From positions 1 to 52,491 of IMG/VR virus record IMGVR_UViG_3300006922_000034: DNA of 52,491 bases; one strand, written 5' to 3'. Shown piece by piece: positions 41,201 through 48,731 of this stretch. The position numbers and the translations under genes were made by a program. The notes beneath the pieces were generated by a model, which saw only the letters and a list, made by a program, of their open reading frames with translations, ran no database searches and was not told the origin of the DNA. The stretch comes from a virus. Lineage: Duplodnaviria > Caudoviricetes. Numbering within the stretch: the first letter of the stretch is position 1; every line of letters begins with the position of its first letter.

Positions 41201-44200
41201 ACCAAACGGAGTAAGTAGTGCTATTATCGAAGTAGAGTTTGACGGTACACAACAAATTAGTATTACTGGTACATCTAGAGGTGGTAGCAACCACTGGCAT
41301 TCAATTGAATTCCATGTATCAGCAAAACGAAATGCGATGGATAATTGCTCTGAAGTTGTATACAAAAGCGATACAACAGTTACATCAGGTAATACAAATT
41401 CAGGAGTAGACAGAGACGATTCAGTTGCTTTCTTCTATAAACAACTACAAAATGTTAGAGGACAAAGAGATACCCATCACTTCCAAACAACAGGCAGTGG
41501 TGCAGGTACTTTATTCTTTGATAACTTTGGTGCCGCAGACGGTATCTTAATATATCAAGGTGCAACAAAAGGTGCAACAACAACCTTAGTAGGAATAAGT
41601 AATCCTCAAAGTCTGAGAAGACTGACAGATGATGAAAAGAATTTCTTTAGAACATCAGCCACAACATCAGGTACAAATGCTGGAGGCACTGGTCAATCAA
41701 CTGGTGGAAACCAAAACAATTATCAAAATAGTGGATTAGGAAAAAAACTTTTTAGTGCAGGACATAACCCAACACATAGCGGACAAAAGATAGGTGTTAA
41801 ATTTAGTGGTGCAATTGATTTTAATTTAGATCATACTAATGGTGCATATATTACTGTGGTTGTACAAAAAGATGGTACTAGTACAATTTATAAACAATGT
41901 ATACTATTACCAAAAGCACAACCAGTAATTGATGATCCAGGTGCAGATCCTAACCCAGTTATAGACTGTTCACAGCAAGGCGTAATTCCTGATAGTGCAA
42001 ATTCTAGTACAACTAATACACCTACAGGTGCTAGTACATCAATAATTACACAGTCAGGTACAGCATCAACTAAAAAACAAGGCGGTGGTGGTGGCGGTGG
42101 CGGATGGCTCAGATCCCTCATGGGTGGAAAACGTCATGCTAACTGGCAAGGATTTACAAGACCGTTTATGACAGGGTCAAGTTTTGTACCAAGTGTATTT
42201 AGAAAAACAGTTAAAACAGTATACCAACCTAGTTACGGAGTTCCAATATCGTTAGCAAGTGGTAGGTATGTAAACAACCAAGTACAACTTATAAGCGGTA
42301 ATTATATTGTTCCTCTAGCACAAAGAATGGAAGGTATAATACCAATTAGTGCTCCATTGCTAAGATCATTAGATGCAGAAACAATGCCTTTCTATAATGT
42401 ACTAGATGCAAATAGAAGTGCATTTGAAAAAGGCGGAATGTTCTATAACTTTAGTCCTAAACGTATTAATACAGATGTAAAACTAAATGACGGTGGAATA
42501 ATTAGTGTCACAGGCGGCGAATTATACGGATTACAAGTAAGCGATACATTCTTTTATGGCGATCCATATGACGGAACACTACCTATTGGTGGTAGTGGAG
42601 ACGATGATGATCCTATAACAACACCTCCGGAAGATATAGCAGAAGGACCTATAGATACTAACATAGACTTTAACGACAATAATTGGTTTATTACTATACA
42701 ACCTATAGATGAAAATGGTGGTGCAGGAGATGAAGTACCGGTACCAGTATATAGACCTACACCAGGTATTACAATTGATATTGGAAATGTAAATTTAAAT
42801 ACTGGCGACAATTTGTTTATTAATGGACAAGAAATTAAGTTCAATGGTAGCAGTCAAGAAGCAATTATGAAGTCGTTCAACTGTAATAAAGCAACAGGAT
42901 TTGATGTAACACCCGTTGGTGCAGATAAAGTTAGAATTAGTAGTTGTACAAATGCTCCTCTTACTGTTAAAGAAGGCTGTTCAGGTGGAATATATAAAGA
43001 AGTATTAGATTTCCATATTGTAAGATCCTTTATTAGTACTGAAGTAAGTAATACTGCTGTTATACCTGCTACAACAGGTTATTATAATGGTTCAGCAGGT
43101 ACTACAGAAACTGCGATATATACACACTATGATGTAGACGGTGGGTTTATAGGAAATACATCACCAAGTGACGCAACTACAGGTTCTGTATTATCAAGCA
43201 GAAATGTAACAACAGGCGGTAGTGGTTATGCAGTTGGAGATAGATTAAGATTAGTTGGTGGTACACCTATTGAAGATCCTTTTAGTGGTATTAAAGATAT
43301 ATGTATAGATCAACCAGGTGCAGGATATAGTGCACCAGAAAACATAGTTGTTAGAATAGGAGACGGTAGCACACCAGGAAGAAATGCAAGTGTTAAAACT
43401 GTCTTATTTGATGCTAATAATGGTATATCTAAAATTGTTATTGATAACCCAGGTGAAGAATACGATATAAATAGACCACCTAAAGTTACAATTTTAGATT
43501 TAGGAACAACACCAGTACCTACAGAATGGCAAGCAAATACAGCCTATACTACTAATGACATAGTATTCTATAAAAATAATTATATTGCATCTGTTGAAAA
43601 TATTAATGGCCCAGACAGTGATAGAGTAGCAGGTGAATACCAAATTACACTTTCTAATTTAAGGGAAAAATATAAAGGCGGAGTTGTTACTGTAACTATA
43701 GATGAGAATGGTGCGGCAACAATAGGAAACTTTGGTAGAGATAAAACAGTAGGATTTGAAATAGGTGATACTGTTACTATTCCTATAGAAACTTTAGCAA
43801 CAGAGGGAGTAGGCGGTTCAACCCCTATTACATTTGATGTACAATTTGTTGGATTAAATAAAACAGAATATTATACTGTAACAACAGACTTTACAACAAG
43901 TCAAGACTTTGTACCAGAGGAAAACTTTAAAGTAAGAAACAATATTTTCTCTAAGAGAGATGCAACAGCAAAAGCAACAGTTGATAATAACGGTTTAATT
44001 CCAAGGGTAGCAAAATTTGAAGTTACTAGTGTAGACCCAATAGGTGGAATTACAAGTGTTAGAATATTAGATAGAGGAATATATAAAGTATTCCCAACAG
44101 ACTTAACAAATGGTTTACCATTAGAATACGACCATATAAATTTAGGAGACGAAGCAGGACTAACTGCCGAAGGTTATTACACATCAGGTTCAGGACTAGG

Positions 44201-47200
44201 ACAATTTGATCCTATTACTTTAGAGGAACTTCCCTCTCCAGGAGGTTACGACCCTCTTAATAATTTACTAGTAGGTGGTAGTGGTGCTAAAATATTCTTA
44301 ACATCAAGAGAGATACCAGATTGTAGCCAACCAGGAACGGCTAAAAATGCTCTAGGTTTACCAGACCTAATTAATGATATTAATCCTGTAGACGAACTAG
44401 TAGCGGCTATACAAGATGCATTACAAAATTACGGATATAGTCCAGATGTTTTATATGCAGATTCTGTACCAATTAATGATAATATAAGCAGAATTAGAAT
44501 TGGAAGTCCTGCTTTCCCAGGTATCAGGATAGGAGGAACTCCGGGTTTACTAGATGGCTTAGGAATACCACCAGGTGATTACAATGTTGCTTCCCTTTGT
44601 GTTCAAGCAGTTATTGAAACACAAGATGGAAAAGAAGACAATCCTGAGGCATTACAAAAACTTACAGGACTTGCAGACGAACTAAATTTAGGTATAGAAA
44701 AGGATGGTCCTTTAGATGTAATTAAATTACTATGTGTTGACACAATTGGTGACCCAGCATTTGGACAAGTTCCAGGAGGCTCTGGCGGCAGTGGTCTTGC
44801 AGGGCAAGATCCTAATAGTATTTTTGGAGACGGTTCAGTAATTTTTGCAAAAGATTTATTCCAATACGAACTAAGATCACTTACAGGAAATCCAGTAAGA
44901 TTAAGATCAGGTTCTATGAGTCAAGAAGTAGATGTATTATATTTAGAAAGCCAAAGATATGCTACTGAATCGGATATTGCTACAGCAAATGCAACATATT
45001 CTACTATTCCAAATACGTTAAGTAGTTTTGGAAATGTTTGGATTGATAATTATCAAGGCAATGGTTGGGCATATTTAGAGAGCGGAAATATTGCTCCTGG
45101 TAGACAGCAAGAAAATTTAGTTGATACTAAGTTCCTTAATAAGGCACTTGTATATGATAATCAATCAGGCACACAAAGATTAGACTTACAAGTTTGGGAC
45201 CCATTTAAAGGTGTTATTCCAGGATACATTGATAAAGAAATAGACTTTATTTGTGCAGATGACCCAGTTGTTTATACAGGCTCTAGAAATAGATTTGACG
45301 ATAAACACGTTGGTAAAGTATGGTGGGATATTTCTACAATAAGATACAATTGGTATGAGCAAGGTTCTGCAAGAGATAGATGGTTGAATTGGGGTAGTAC
45401 ATTCCCAGGAAGTACTGTTTCAATATATGAATGGACAAAGAGTTCTGTATTGCCTACATCCTATTTAGGTTCCGGAACTCCTAGAAGTGCAAACATGTAT
45501 TTAGAATCTCAAGAATTAAATCCTGCAACTGGCAAATATGTACCAGTATATTTTTACTGGGTAAGAAATAAAGATACATTAAGTAACAATGCAAGGATAA
45601 ATTTAGGCAGAGATCTAACTGCTTTACAAATTGCAAAATACATTGCAGATCCTATAAATTATGGACTACAACTAATAAGTTTTGTTAAAGACAATTCCTT
45701 TACATTAACTAATGTTTCAAGTGAAATCAGAGATGAGGACGATAATTTACAAATTAACTTTAGTAAAAATCTTAACCCAGATGGTAAAAAGCATGTATCA
45801 TGGCAACTTGCAAGAGAAAATGATAACAACAGTATTATACCTGAAGACTTAACACAGAAACTTATAGATAGTATTTGTGGATTTGACGAATTAGGAAATA
45901 TGGTCCCTGATGGAACATTGAGTAAGGTACAAAGATACGGAATACAATTTAGACCTAGACAAACTATGTTTAAAGATATTAAAGAAGCAAGAAGATTGCT
46001 TGTTAATATTATTAACAAAGAATTTAATATTATTAAAATGAATACAGAGTTTGCTAATTGGGATTCTACATTACCAACAAATAGAACATATATAGAGCCT
46101 AAAAATTGGTATGCTGTTAAGAGTATAGATCCTGTTTCCAAAGAATTAGAATATTATGATGATTCTTATAAACCAATTTATAAAGTAAGTAGTGTTTCTG
46201 AATTAGACACCTTAAAACTTTCTATTAATGATGGTAGTATTATTCAAGTTAAAGGCAACGATACAGAAAGATATAAACTATATATGTATATAGGTTCTAA
46301 TCAATCGTTTAGATTAATTAGTATAGAAAACGAAATAGTACAATTAAAAGATACTGTATATACAGACGATTCTAACAGTATATTAAATAGTGAATTGCGT
46401 ACTTTATTAAAAATAATAAGTTCCAATACATTTAAAGATAAAGTATTATGGAATAAAATATTCTTTAACTTGCTAAAACATGCATACGTTGAACAAGGTC
46501 AACTAGACTGGGCATTTAAAACAAGTTACTTATATGTAGAAAAAGAAGAAACAGATTTAATTCAGTTTAACGGATTTAAACCAGAAAACTTTAACAAAGT
46601 ATTAGAGTATATGAATGAAGTAAAACCATATACAAGTAAAGTCAGAGAATATAAAGATGGTAAATCTGCACCAATAGAATACATTAAAGATCAAATGATT
46701 AGTGACTTTGATAGACCTGCTTATGTAGACCAAGATCAAGGAATAGTTAGAATATTAGATGATGACAGTAATTCAGATGTTGCTTTAATGAATTCTTTAG
46801 CAACACATAAAAAGTATGCAGGACTCACAGATAAATCCGGAGATCCTGTAAGAAAAATTAAAGATACTATTGTATTTGATAGAACTCACTTTGTTCCAAC
46901 AGAGTTTAACTGGAACATAGCAACAGAAAGTGCTAATATTAGTATTGCAAATAATTTAGCATGGTTAAAATCTAATTCAAATGCAGATGTTAGTGGAAAT
47001 GTAAATGTTAGATCTGTAGATAGAATAGTTAAATTTGATCCAGATGTTATAAACCAGTTTGATACAGAAATGGAAACATATTTAGTTTCTCAATCTTATG
47101 TTGCTGGTGAATCTGCAAATACAAGTGTTGTAGGAAATGCAACTATTATGTTTAATGCAGTAGAAGGCGGACACTTAGATAAAACATTAAGTTTAATTAA

Positions 47201-48047
47201 ATCTAAAGCAAGTGGTAATTTCCTAGGGGAAATACTAGATGCAAATGTGTTTAGTAAAGTTGTAGATAATTATGATGGCACAACAAACTATCAACAATTC
47301 TACGCATATGATACAGACGGATTTGACGTTACTACTTTAGATTTAAATGTTGAAGTTATTAATTACGAAGGTACATTTGACGAAGACCTAGTTACATTTA
47401 GAAGAAACGACCAAACCTATAGTGGATTTGACAATGTTACTTTTGGAAGAATGTTATATGGTGAAGGAAGACCAGAAGAACTAGCAATGATTAGTCCTTT
47501 AGAAAACCTTGTATTAACAGTTACAACTAATTCACATTTACAAGGAAATACTAGTTTGGCACAAGCAAGTGCAAATGCTTCTACAGTTACATATAGAACA
47601 CACTTAGATATGTTTGGTGATACCGAACACTTTAGACTTTTACCTGCTAATTCAACAACATTAGCGGCAAATATTATAAGTAATAGCACTAGTATTACAG
47701 TTGCAGATGCATCTAAACTTCCTAAACCACTTCTTAATACTCCAGGTGTTATTTGGGTAGGTTCAGAAAGAATAGAATATACAGAACGAAATACATCTTC
47801 TAATGTATTAAGTACCATTACTAGAGGTACAAAAGGAACAACGGCACAAGATTGGATTGTAACAGATGCAAGTGGAAGTGCTATAACAATAAACGTTTAT
47901 AACGGTGCTACAGAACACGAATTTACTGATATAACAGGAAAACCAGAAGCAAATGTTTGGTTAGATCCAGGTGCTACAAGTTTAGCAGATATTGGAAACA
48001 TAGATTTAGCAAACAACACCATTATGAAATTTATACATAACAGGTAA
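29256..48047 (+). CDS. Giant multidomain virion/baseplate protein (6263 aa, gp7 position)
   Basis: Uninterrupted 18.8-kb ORF coupled to gp6. It has GxGY beta repeats, a YHYH-like domain, CBM-like W..Y motifs and an EVKPY C-terminal wedge-like motif. Confidence 0.8.
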   Translation: MAKIYKQLPEVLQTEANKNFFETTVEQLFSASNIEVITGFLGKQDSANHNSDGSYIREATATRHHYSLSPAVNNLNTTTGTSENFIFYDELVDTLSISGVNTKNHNRLFATEYQSFLPPIDIDKFVNYQEYYWSNNDLPSITINGTLTNPIDIDTEVLGKKNFTSPNGITFKNGMVVTFGGQYVIPENKTNKDFYVEGVGESITLVPKVQNIGSPYAIAILNSWDNTNFTEADSNVKYTAGNISSVVISNPGIGYVNPTVSFTGSNTTLATATANANAIGSISDVTVTNSGANYSGQINLVLNSDTISTNINTAVTYVDFFDNDLKTIPTPYKVLAINSTTNVKEGQLATVDGQSSLVESTTTSAIQSIDNVVARYDTSRAGGVYTASGTTSGTGSGQSFRVTVIGETKLLSIHSVNDSYSTWSSNTAIKTARTSIVKDNVASTSSGNGTGATFKVVYDNFSGNSPHVAVSVVNGGTGYRRNDTITLAGSSIDSVGGPNITFKAYEIQKPQGITAVAGVTLSNSNVTGTHIVDMTNLGHIGNISTSANGVDAIFKVVADGNGNAVVTIIDGGIDFVDNETITINDGLLGSNNSGTLIFNVSDVITFGDTNIELLNGGSGHAVNDVITITDANLGSGGGNDLKFDIARTGDIVVLDNPVILDQTSNSAISFVGRGAEFQIRTSMFQLTSNVDGTFISGLSSMALTGVDPVTGKFYLGGSPDTNEDFGWDRDADGDGDGDAIWGGKTAQESPDYNVLQRGATNRNIWSRINFWHHRQNFLDAGATVPDKKYQATRPILEFDKDIELYNFGYKFVGEISVVSRTLSKVEVDGLVTGSLIDDAPLSVGTTIIFPNDEPIVSKHVYKVAHAGGLISLSKVGDPNLNPAGVEEGETGFVPLTFIQGDQVNIKAGLFGYGKEYWWNNNKLELCQVKEQLHQEPLMKMYDDKGQDFTDEDIFPNTSFKGNKIFNYKIGTGTNDTVLGFPLSFKPFKSTSEIEFENFLGTEVVNSGNVTKTDVPGYYYYKLLKQTPEYHSYWKNSDNKFEQAIKTFYYVNSFDVTNAFNKFFIGCNPKVNTDNASGYDINVLVNGTPRTDFTYTSNGIIEFTTYNFVKDDIIEIKAISDKNGLINERSISKYETPLSWAHNSDNEDITSISEPEYLQHFQNYMSNQDEFTGNALGNNNFKDTSKNSKHAKDIVKAEEDLRLASFLLNDQPHNLLEALRFSEQEYIRYKGRLRSELTKYFTDFDTTDLKTDFILEKVLRNVVTFSVGNNVFQQSYVIPFGDNFTEEVFTINSIDVLNYQIEKYLDLSKIENSLLVYRQRGTSQILLDIDHDYTITNTSNSITVNLSSTYDNQLGDKLLVRLYDKERDSAELPPTPSTMGMFPLYEPKILTDNSFTTPVQLLLGHDGSKSVLLGDTRDDVLLEFERRIYNSAKKEFRSANSLPGYNYTDVKSGYFRPNNLSQNEWFDLLRNSFADWVQSNNVDYIKNEIYDSSDEFTWNFRGTTDLPGHWRGYFEYHYDTVRPHTHPWEMLGFTEKPNWWDTLYITSTYTNYSSNNVPMWEDLEEGIIRDGDRENFTSGLYKSITTNPYRRIGLSNILPVSSTGTLKSPYDIQTTGTTTLTKAYTNATVNNSLGYLTTSFLLTDGLSVGFDSSNVYVTGKNIPNYATTKIDTTLSNVKEGSGNYNIPRVDLVAVANSNVSLESYAIGVLVNGLPLYNIKDNASWNGEDVWHYNNEFKNRNRSSNTIAETDSNGVTKTYLPTVDMSSTSAWGNATTHSGIIGWAFDGLPIYGPYGYSDPLDATSDVTNIKSSFVLKAGIRASGPGGDHTGAFVEDYTWDSSLAGQDGYAGRWNQRVGVTPDSSGAQIKYYVCTIDDSGKPMFPYAVGGGENNDTTNQTALTYGNRYYAQPQNKELNTLGTGYTSSTATSAITSSYSETKSNTVAINEDWRFGDGAPVENAWKYSEAYPFAITQALLLAKPGMFATMFGDPTRLIVPPMNKKVLVDKTSRKSWDYKSADNFTVHGTKDANGNFLTNIGYTQFIKSYLNFQGLNITTDFYDKLKSLNVKLGHRMAGFIDKDTATIRTDQYSTTGTSTSLIIPDENIQLELHNSPYKSRNAYSGVIIEKSTNGYKIRGYDKNNTYFNILESDTSGPSQSITRGGDPVSFANWTSTVAYPQNSIVKYLDQYYQAKNNIDADTGFITTDWTLLPALPTTGGATGVVYTNSTGIIKRIDYDKEFLTVQDVFDFLISLGRYHASLGFNFGEYDNSINDVRDWNYSAEQFLFWETGGWEVGNTLDLSPLSNKVSFAKTNEFVAEVKVIDQNQYSLLDENGVSINPKNCGIVREGNNIEITPPTGKQIYSAILYTKQTEHALIVDNKTDFADTIFNTLYNQKQDRLFIKAKRTLGWEGRLSSEGFIINGEELQPNLDNITSTMGDYHNLGFIPVDKQVYQASRGLFGFDQKTYLTDLDILDDQQVEFFKGMIQNKGTLTGIGKLAKSNSIVQGNVTVFDEWALKVGEFGDIDNEQSIELALTKKDMVQDPQLFKLEFPEDTTGFIKEILVTENKSSYETVPEIEISAPTEPGGIQATGKVNLVAGVISSIEITNGGSGYDELATVQTILGNVNVTGADLKFNSVTVASSDLIPAANITGINNITITDHLNSNSAHTIDLSGVTEMANIATKINSKVETNANIVAQAVTSFNADAWTLSNTTGSNNMIAVSSPTTSPTTLEAGMPITFSGNALGGLNLNTIYYVRDISVIQPEDLSEFYTTFTVSATVNGSAVNLSSATGTMQAAGSKTTVLQISGQDFTLGGSGLANLMLPTTRNQPKQRYAIDVANNTQENNIIVSVSGTSLQPSGNWSYDKGDRWEYTTSSTVLSGAYTQIINTTGTKQGTSILSNNLVQIDGEYPFVDVYVNNVRLVNENGVNVYNVANATAITFPDVTLLPDGNITPDANITIVERATIDFDDAYQGDLPGAELNIKVQAQDGLAIKVEGKRLYTITEDIQNDEIITIDIDDPTRFLKKPTGVKTNALWPTTNKVDATGITDPSYRDIPNAGYVRREDVNYQAYAISDIQDLFATDRIYKPSKDELIHVASSENKDWNVYKLREAENSNISFIEQEGSDMSSYLYTTEDLFNYVDSNQLQQTDLSRFMDYTLVLKKANISDNVVIWTNQEVVDKQSAIIKDFGAISMIQANVANVAPLNTYDIVDIEKYSGFVAYGTCTASSNTNIATINYTSGAVSPVNGDYVQLIDLDTTDTTYTATSLVHSDIATANADYHDSKITITTSTSNVSTLIANVTPISLNFTGADLVLDGITTKASDVKDLTFVPHSVDYSAGTFVINSDDTLFQDYFGNSSDSNITAVTGGITNVTFTATTTSNVNGQIHQISNVNALENTFTIPQSNIAGQVGNVMIDFQTKCALVSNTVIRNGVLDSANVETSFQPVYAGDIIKVFTQNIRGYYTVEHAYTKRIEEPNGNVSYKNVQVINAPWHENIVKTGHFVDRGVIINTSEDHEIHEEYAGKRVLIHKASNPYYNQTYKVNRVPSNTSIEVSTLFAYEPGITNISKSVIGTVQGVVTNNKVITLTAPDENIIPYMIVTGTGITEHVRVMSIANNVITLDKAVTVANTVELTFQNMSIMTTLDHDVVKLNNTSFRIDDVTSVTGIADSLNRTQAIKKGFVQSDTFYIDIPMITSTVDIFGNKPWDFAGRTPYIEDFDKWDLKNLIKTGKLVVDPKKPVQEIRKTGLITLDDNENSVKSKPQTTYEPQILDPVDKNVDPAIVATNIAQEGNGMNVVTIDMVTVDPKSALKGTDKNPALGNKQTAVLNGKLLADAPTKRCGPDACAKVPFRGTPKDDPSLGRKTCFTGSNIPSNSFSANGSGHGKRQWTSAYSGYYSPRGQVGGTDGSQGMTKLGGSILGAKTWSDNGSTKSCTLSFTPNVAGRLFVHAFQSGKKHYSNSKVTVSGGTVIGQSTVQGKYLGKSGAQPNGVSSAIIEVEFDGTQQISITGTSRGGSNHWHSIEFHVSAKRNAMDNCSEVVYKSDTTVTSGNTNSGVDRDDSVAFFYKQLQNVRGQRDTHHFQTTGSGAGTLFFDNFGAADGILIYQGATKGATTTLVGISNPQSLRRLTDDEKNFFRTSATTSGTNAGGTGQSTGGNQNNYQNSGLGKKLFSAGHNPTHSGQKIGVKFSGAIDFNLDHTNGAYITVVVQKDGTSTIYKQCILLPKAQPVIDDPGADPNPVIDCSQQGVIPDSANSSTTNTPTGASTSIITQSGTASTKKQGGGGGGGGWLRSLMGGKRHANWQGFTRPFMTGSSFVPSVFRKTVKTVYQPSYGVPISLASGRYVNNQVQLISGNYIVPLAQRMEGIIPISAPLLRSLDAETMPFYNVLDANRSAFEKGGMFYNFSPKRINTDVKLNDGGIISVTGGELYGLQVSDTFFYGDPYDGTLPIGGSGDDDDPITTPPEDIAEGPIDTNIDFNDNNWFITIQPIDENGGAGDEVPVPVYRPTPGITIDIGNVNLNTGDNLFINGQEIKFNGSSQEAIMKSFNCNKATGFDVTPVGADKVRISSCTNAPLTVKEGCSGGIYKEVLDFHIVRSFISTEVSNTAVIPATTGYYNGSAGTTETAIYTHYDVDGGFIGNTSPSDATTGSVLSSRNVTTGGSGYAVGDRLRLVGGTPIEDPFSGIKDICIDQPGAGYSAPENIVVRIGDGSTPGRNASVKTVLFDANNGISKIVIDNPGEEYDINRPPKVTILDLGTTPVPTEWQANTAYTTNDIVFYKNNYIASVENINGPDSDRVAGEYQITLSNLREKYKGGVVTVTIDENGAATIGNFGRDKTVGFEIGDTVTIPIETLATEGVGGSTPITFDVQFVGLNKTEYYTVTTDFTTSQDFVPEENFKVRNNIFSKRDATAKATVDNNGLIPRVAKFEVTSVDPIGGITSVRILDRGIYKVFPTDLTNGLPLEYDHINLGDEAGLTAEGYYTSGSGLGQFDPITLEELPSPGGYDPLNNLLVGGSGAKIFLTSREIPDCSQPGTAKNALGLPDLINDINPVDELVAAIQDALQNYGYSPDVLYADSVPINDNISRIRIGSPAFPGIRIGGTPGLLDGLGIPPGDYNVASLCVQAVIETQDGKEDNPEALQKLTGLADELNLGIEKDGPLDVIKLLCVDTIGDPAFGQVPGGSGGSGLAGQDPNSIFGDGSVIFAKDLFQYELRSLTGNPVRLRSGSMSQEVDVLYLESQRYATESDIATANATYSTIPNTLSSFGNVWIDNYQGNGWAYLESGNIAPGRQQENLVDTKFLNKALVYDNQSGTQRLDLQVWDPFKGVIPGYIDKEIDFICADDPVVYTGSRNRFDDKHVGKVWWDISTIRYNWYEQGSARDRWLNWGSTFPGSTVSIYEWTKSSVLPTSYLGSGTPRSANMYLESQELNPATGKYVPVYFYWVRNKDTLSNNARINLGRDLTALQIAKYIADPINYGLQLISFVKDNSFTLTNVSSEIRDEDDNLQINFSKNLNPDGKKHVSWQLARENDNNSIIPEDLTQKLIDSICGFDELGNMVPDGTLSKVQRYGIQFRPRQTMFKDIKEARRLLVNIINKEFNIIKMNTEFANWDSTLPTNRTYIEPKNWYAVKSIDPVSKELEYYDDSYKPIYKVSSVSELDTLKLSINDGSIIQVKGNDTERYKLYMYIGSNQSFRLISIENEIVQLKDTVYTDDSNSILNSELRTLLKIISSNTFKDKVLWNKIFFNLLKHAYVEQGQLDWAFKTSYLYVEKEETDLIQFNGFKPENFNKVLEYMNEVKPYTSKVREYKDGKSAPIEYIKDQMISDFDRPAYVDQDQGIVRILDDDSNSDVALMNSLATHKKYAGLTDKSGDPVRKIKDTIVFDRTHFVPTEFNWNIATESANISIANNLAWLKSNSNADVSGNVNVRSVDRIVKFDPDVINQFDTEMETYLVSQSYVAGESANTSVVGNATIMFNAVEGGHLDKTLSLIKSKASGNFLGEILDANVFSKVVDNYDGTTNYQQFYAYDTDGFDVTTLDLNVEVINYEGTFDEDLVTFRRNDQTYSGFDNVTFGRMLYGEGRPEELAMISPLENLVLTVTTNSHLQGNTSLAQASANASTVTYRTHLDMFGDTEHFRLLPANSTTLAANIISNSTSITVADASKLPKPLLNTPGVIWVGSERIEYTERNTSSNVLSTITRGTKGTTAQDWIVTDASGSAITINVYNGATEHEFTDITGKPEANVWLDPGATSLADIGNIDLANNTIMKFIHNR

Positions 48048-48069
48048 TAAACTACATAGTTTTGAAAGG

Positions 48070-48078
48070 TGATAAATA
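48070..48078 (+). promoter_or_regulatory. Late promoter TGATAAATA
   Basis: Exact 9-mer; ATG 48084 follows after 5 nt. Confidence 0.65.
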
Positions 48079-48083
48079 GTTAC

Positions 48084-48716
48084 ATGAGCAAGGAAATGAA
48101 AATAGATCAAGATAAAAAAATTCATAAGCCAGACGATACAGTCGGTTTAAATGTTAGTGGTCATATTTTGATCAAAGATAAGGAAACAGGCGAAGAGCTC
48201 GTTAATAAAAGAAATGCAATACACTATGGAAACATGGCTTATATTGTTGCACAGGCATTAAATAGTTTTAATACAGAAAATGCTTTTATTGACAGAATCG
48301 CATTTGGAAACGGTGCTACAAGTATAGATACAGCAGGTAAAATTACATATAAAACTCCTAAAGTTAGTGAGGCGTATGAAAACTCTGCAGGGTTATACAG
48401 TAGAACGTACAGCAAAAGGTTAAATCCTGCTAGTACAGATACATTTATATCCACTACTGTTGGTGCATCTTACACAGACATTAAAATAACAGCAACTTTA
48501 GGCTATAACGAACCATCAGATGCAGAATTATTCGATACTGCAACAAATAATGCAGGTAATTATGTATTTGATGAAATAGGATTATTTACATTCCCAACAG
48601 ATGGTTCAGATATAGATACAAGTACAATGTTGACACACGTTATTTTTCATCCGGTGCAAAAGAGTCAAAACAGAATAATAGAAATAGTTTATACTGTAAG
48701 AATACAGTTAAGTTAA
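48084..48716 (+). CDS. Baseplate/fibre-attachment structural protein
   Basis: NKRNAIH, IAFGNG, FDEIGL, LTHVIFHPVQKS.NR.IEIVYTVRI pattern resembles tail-collar/baseplate proteins. Confidence 0.65.
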   Translation: MSKEMKIDQDKKIHKPDDTVGLNVSGHILIKDKETGEELVNKRNAIHYGNMAYIVAQALNSFNTENAFIDRIAFGNGATSIDTAGKITYKTPKVSEAYENSAGLYSRTYSKRLNPASTDTFISTTVGASYTDIKITATLGYNEPSDAELFDTATNNAGNYVFDEIGLFTFPTDGSDIDTSTMLTHVIFHPVQKSQNRIIEIVYTVRIQLS

Positions 48717-48731
48717 TGAGGAAATAAGAAA

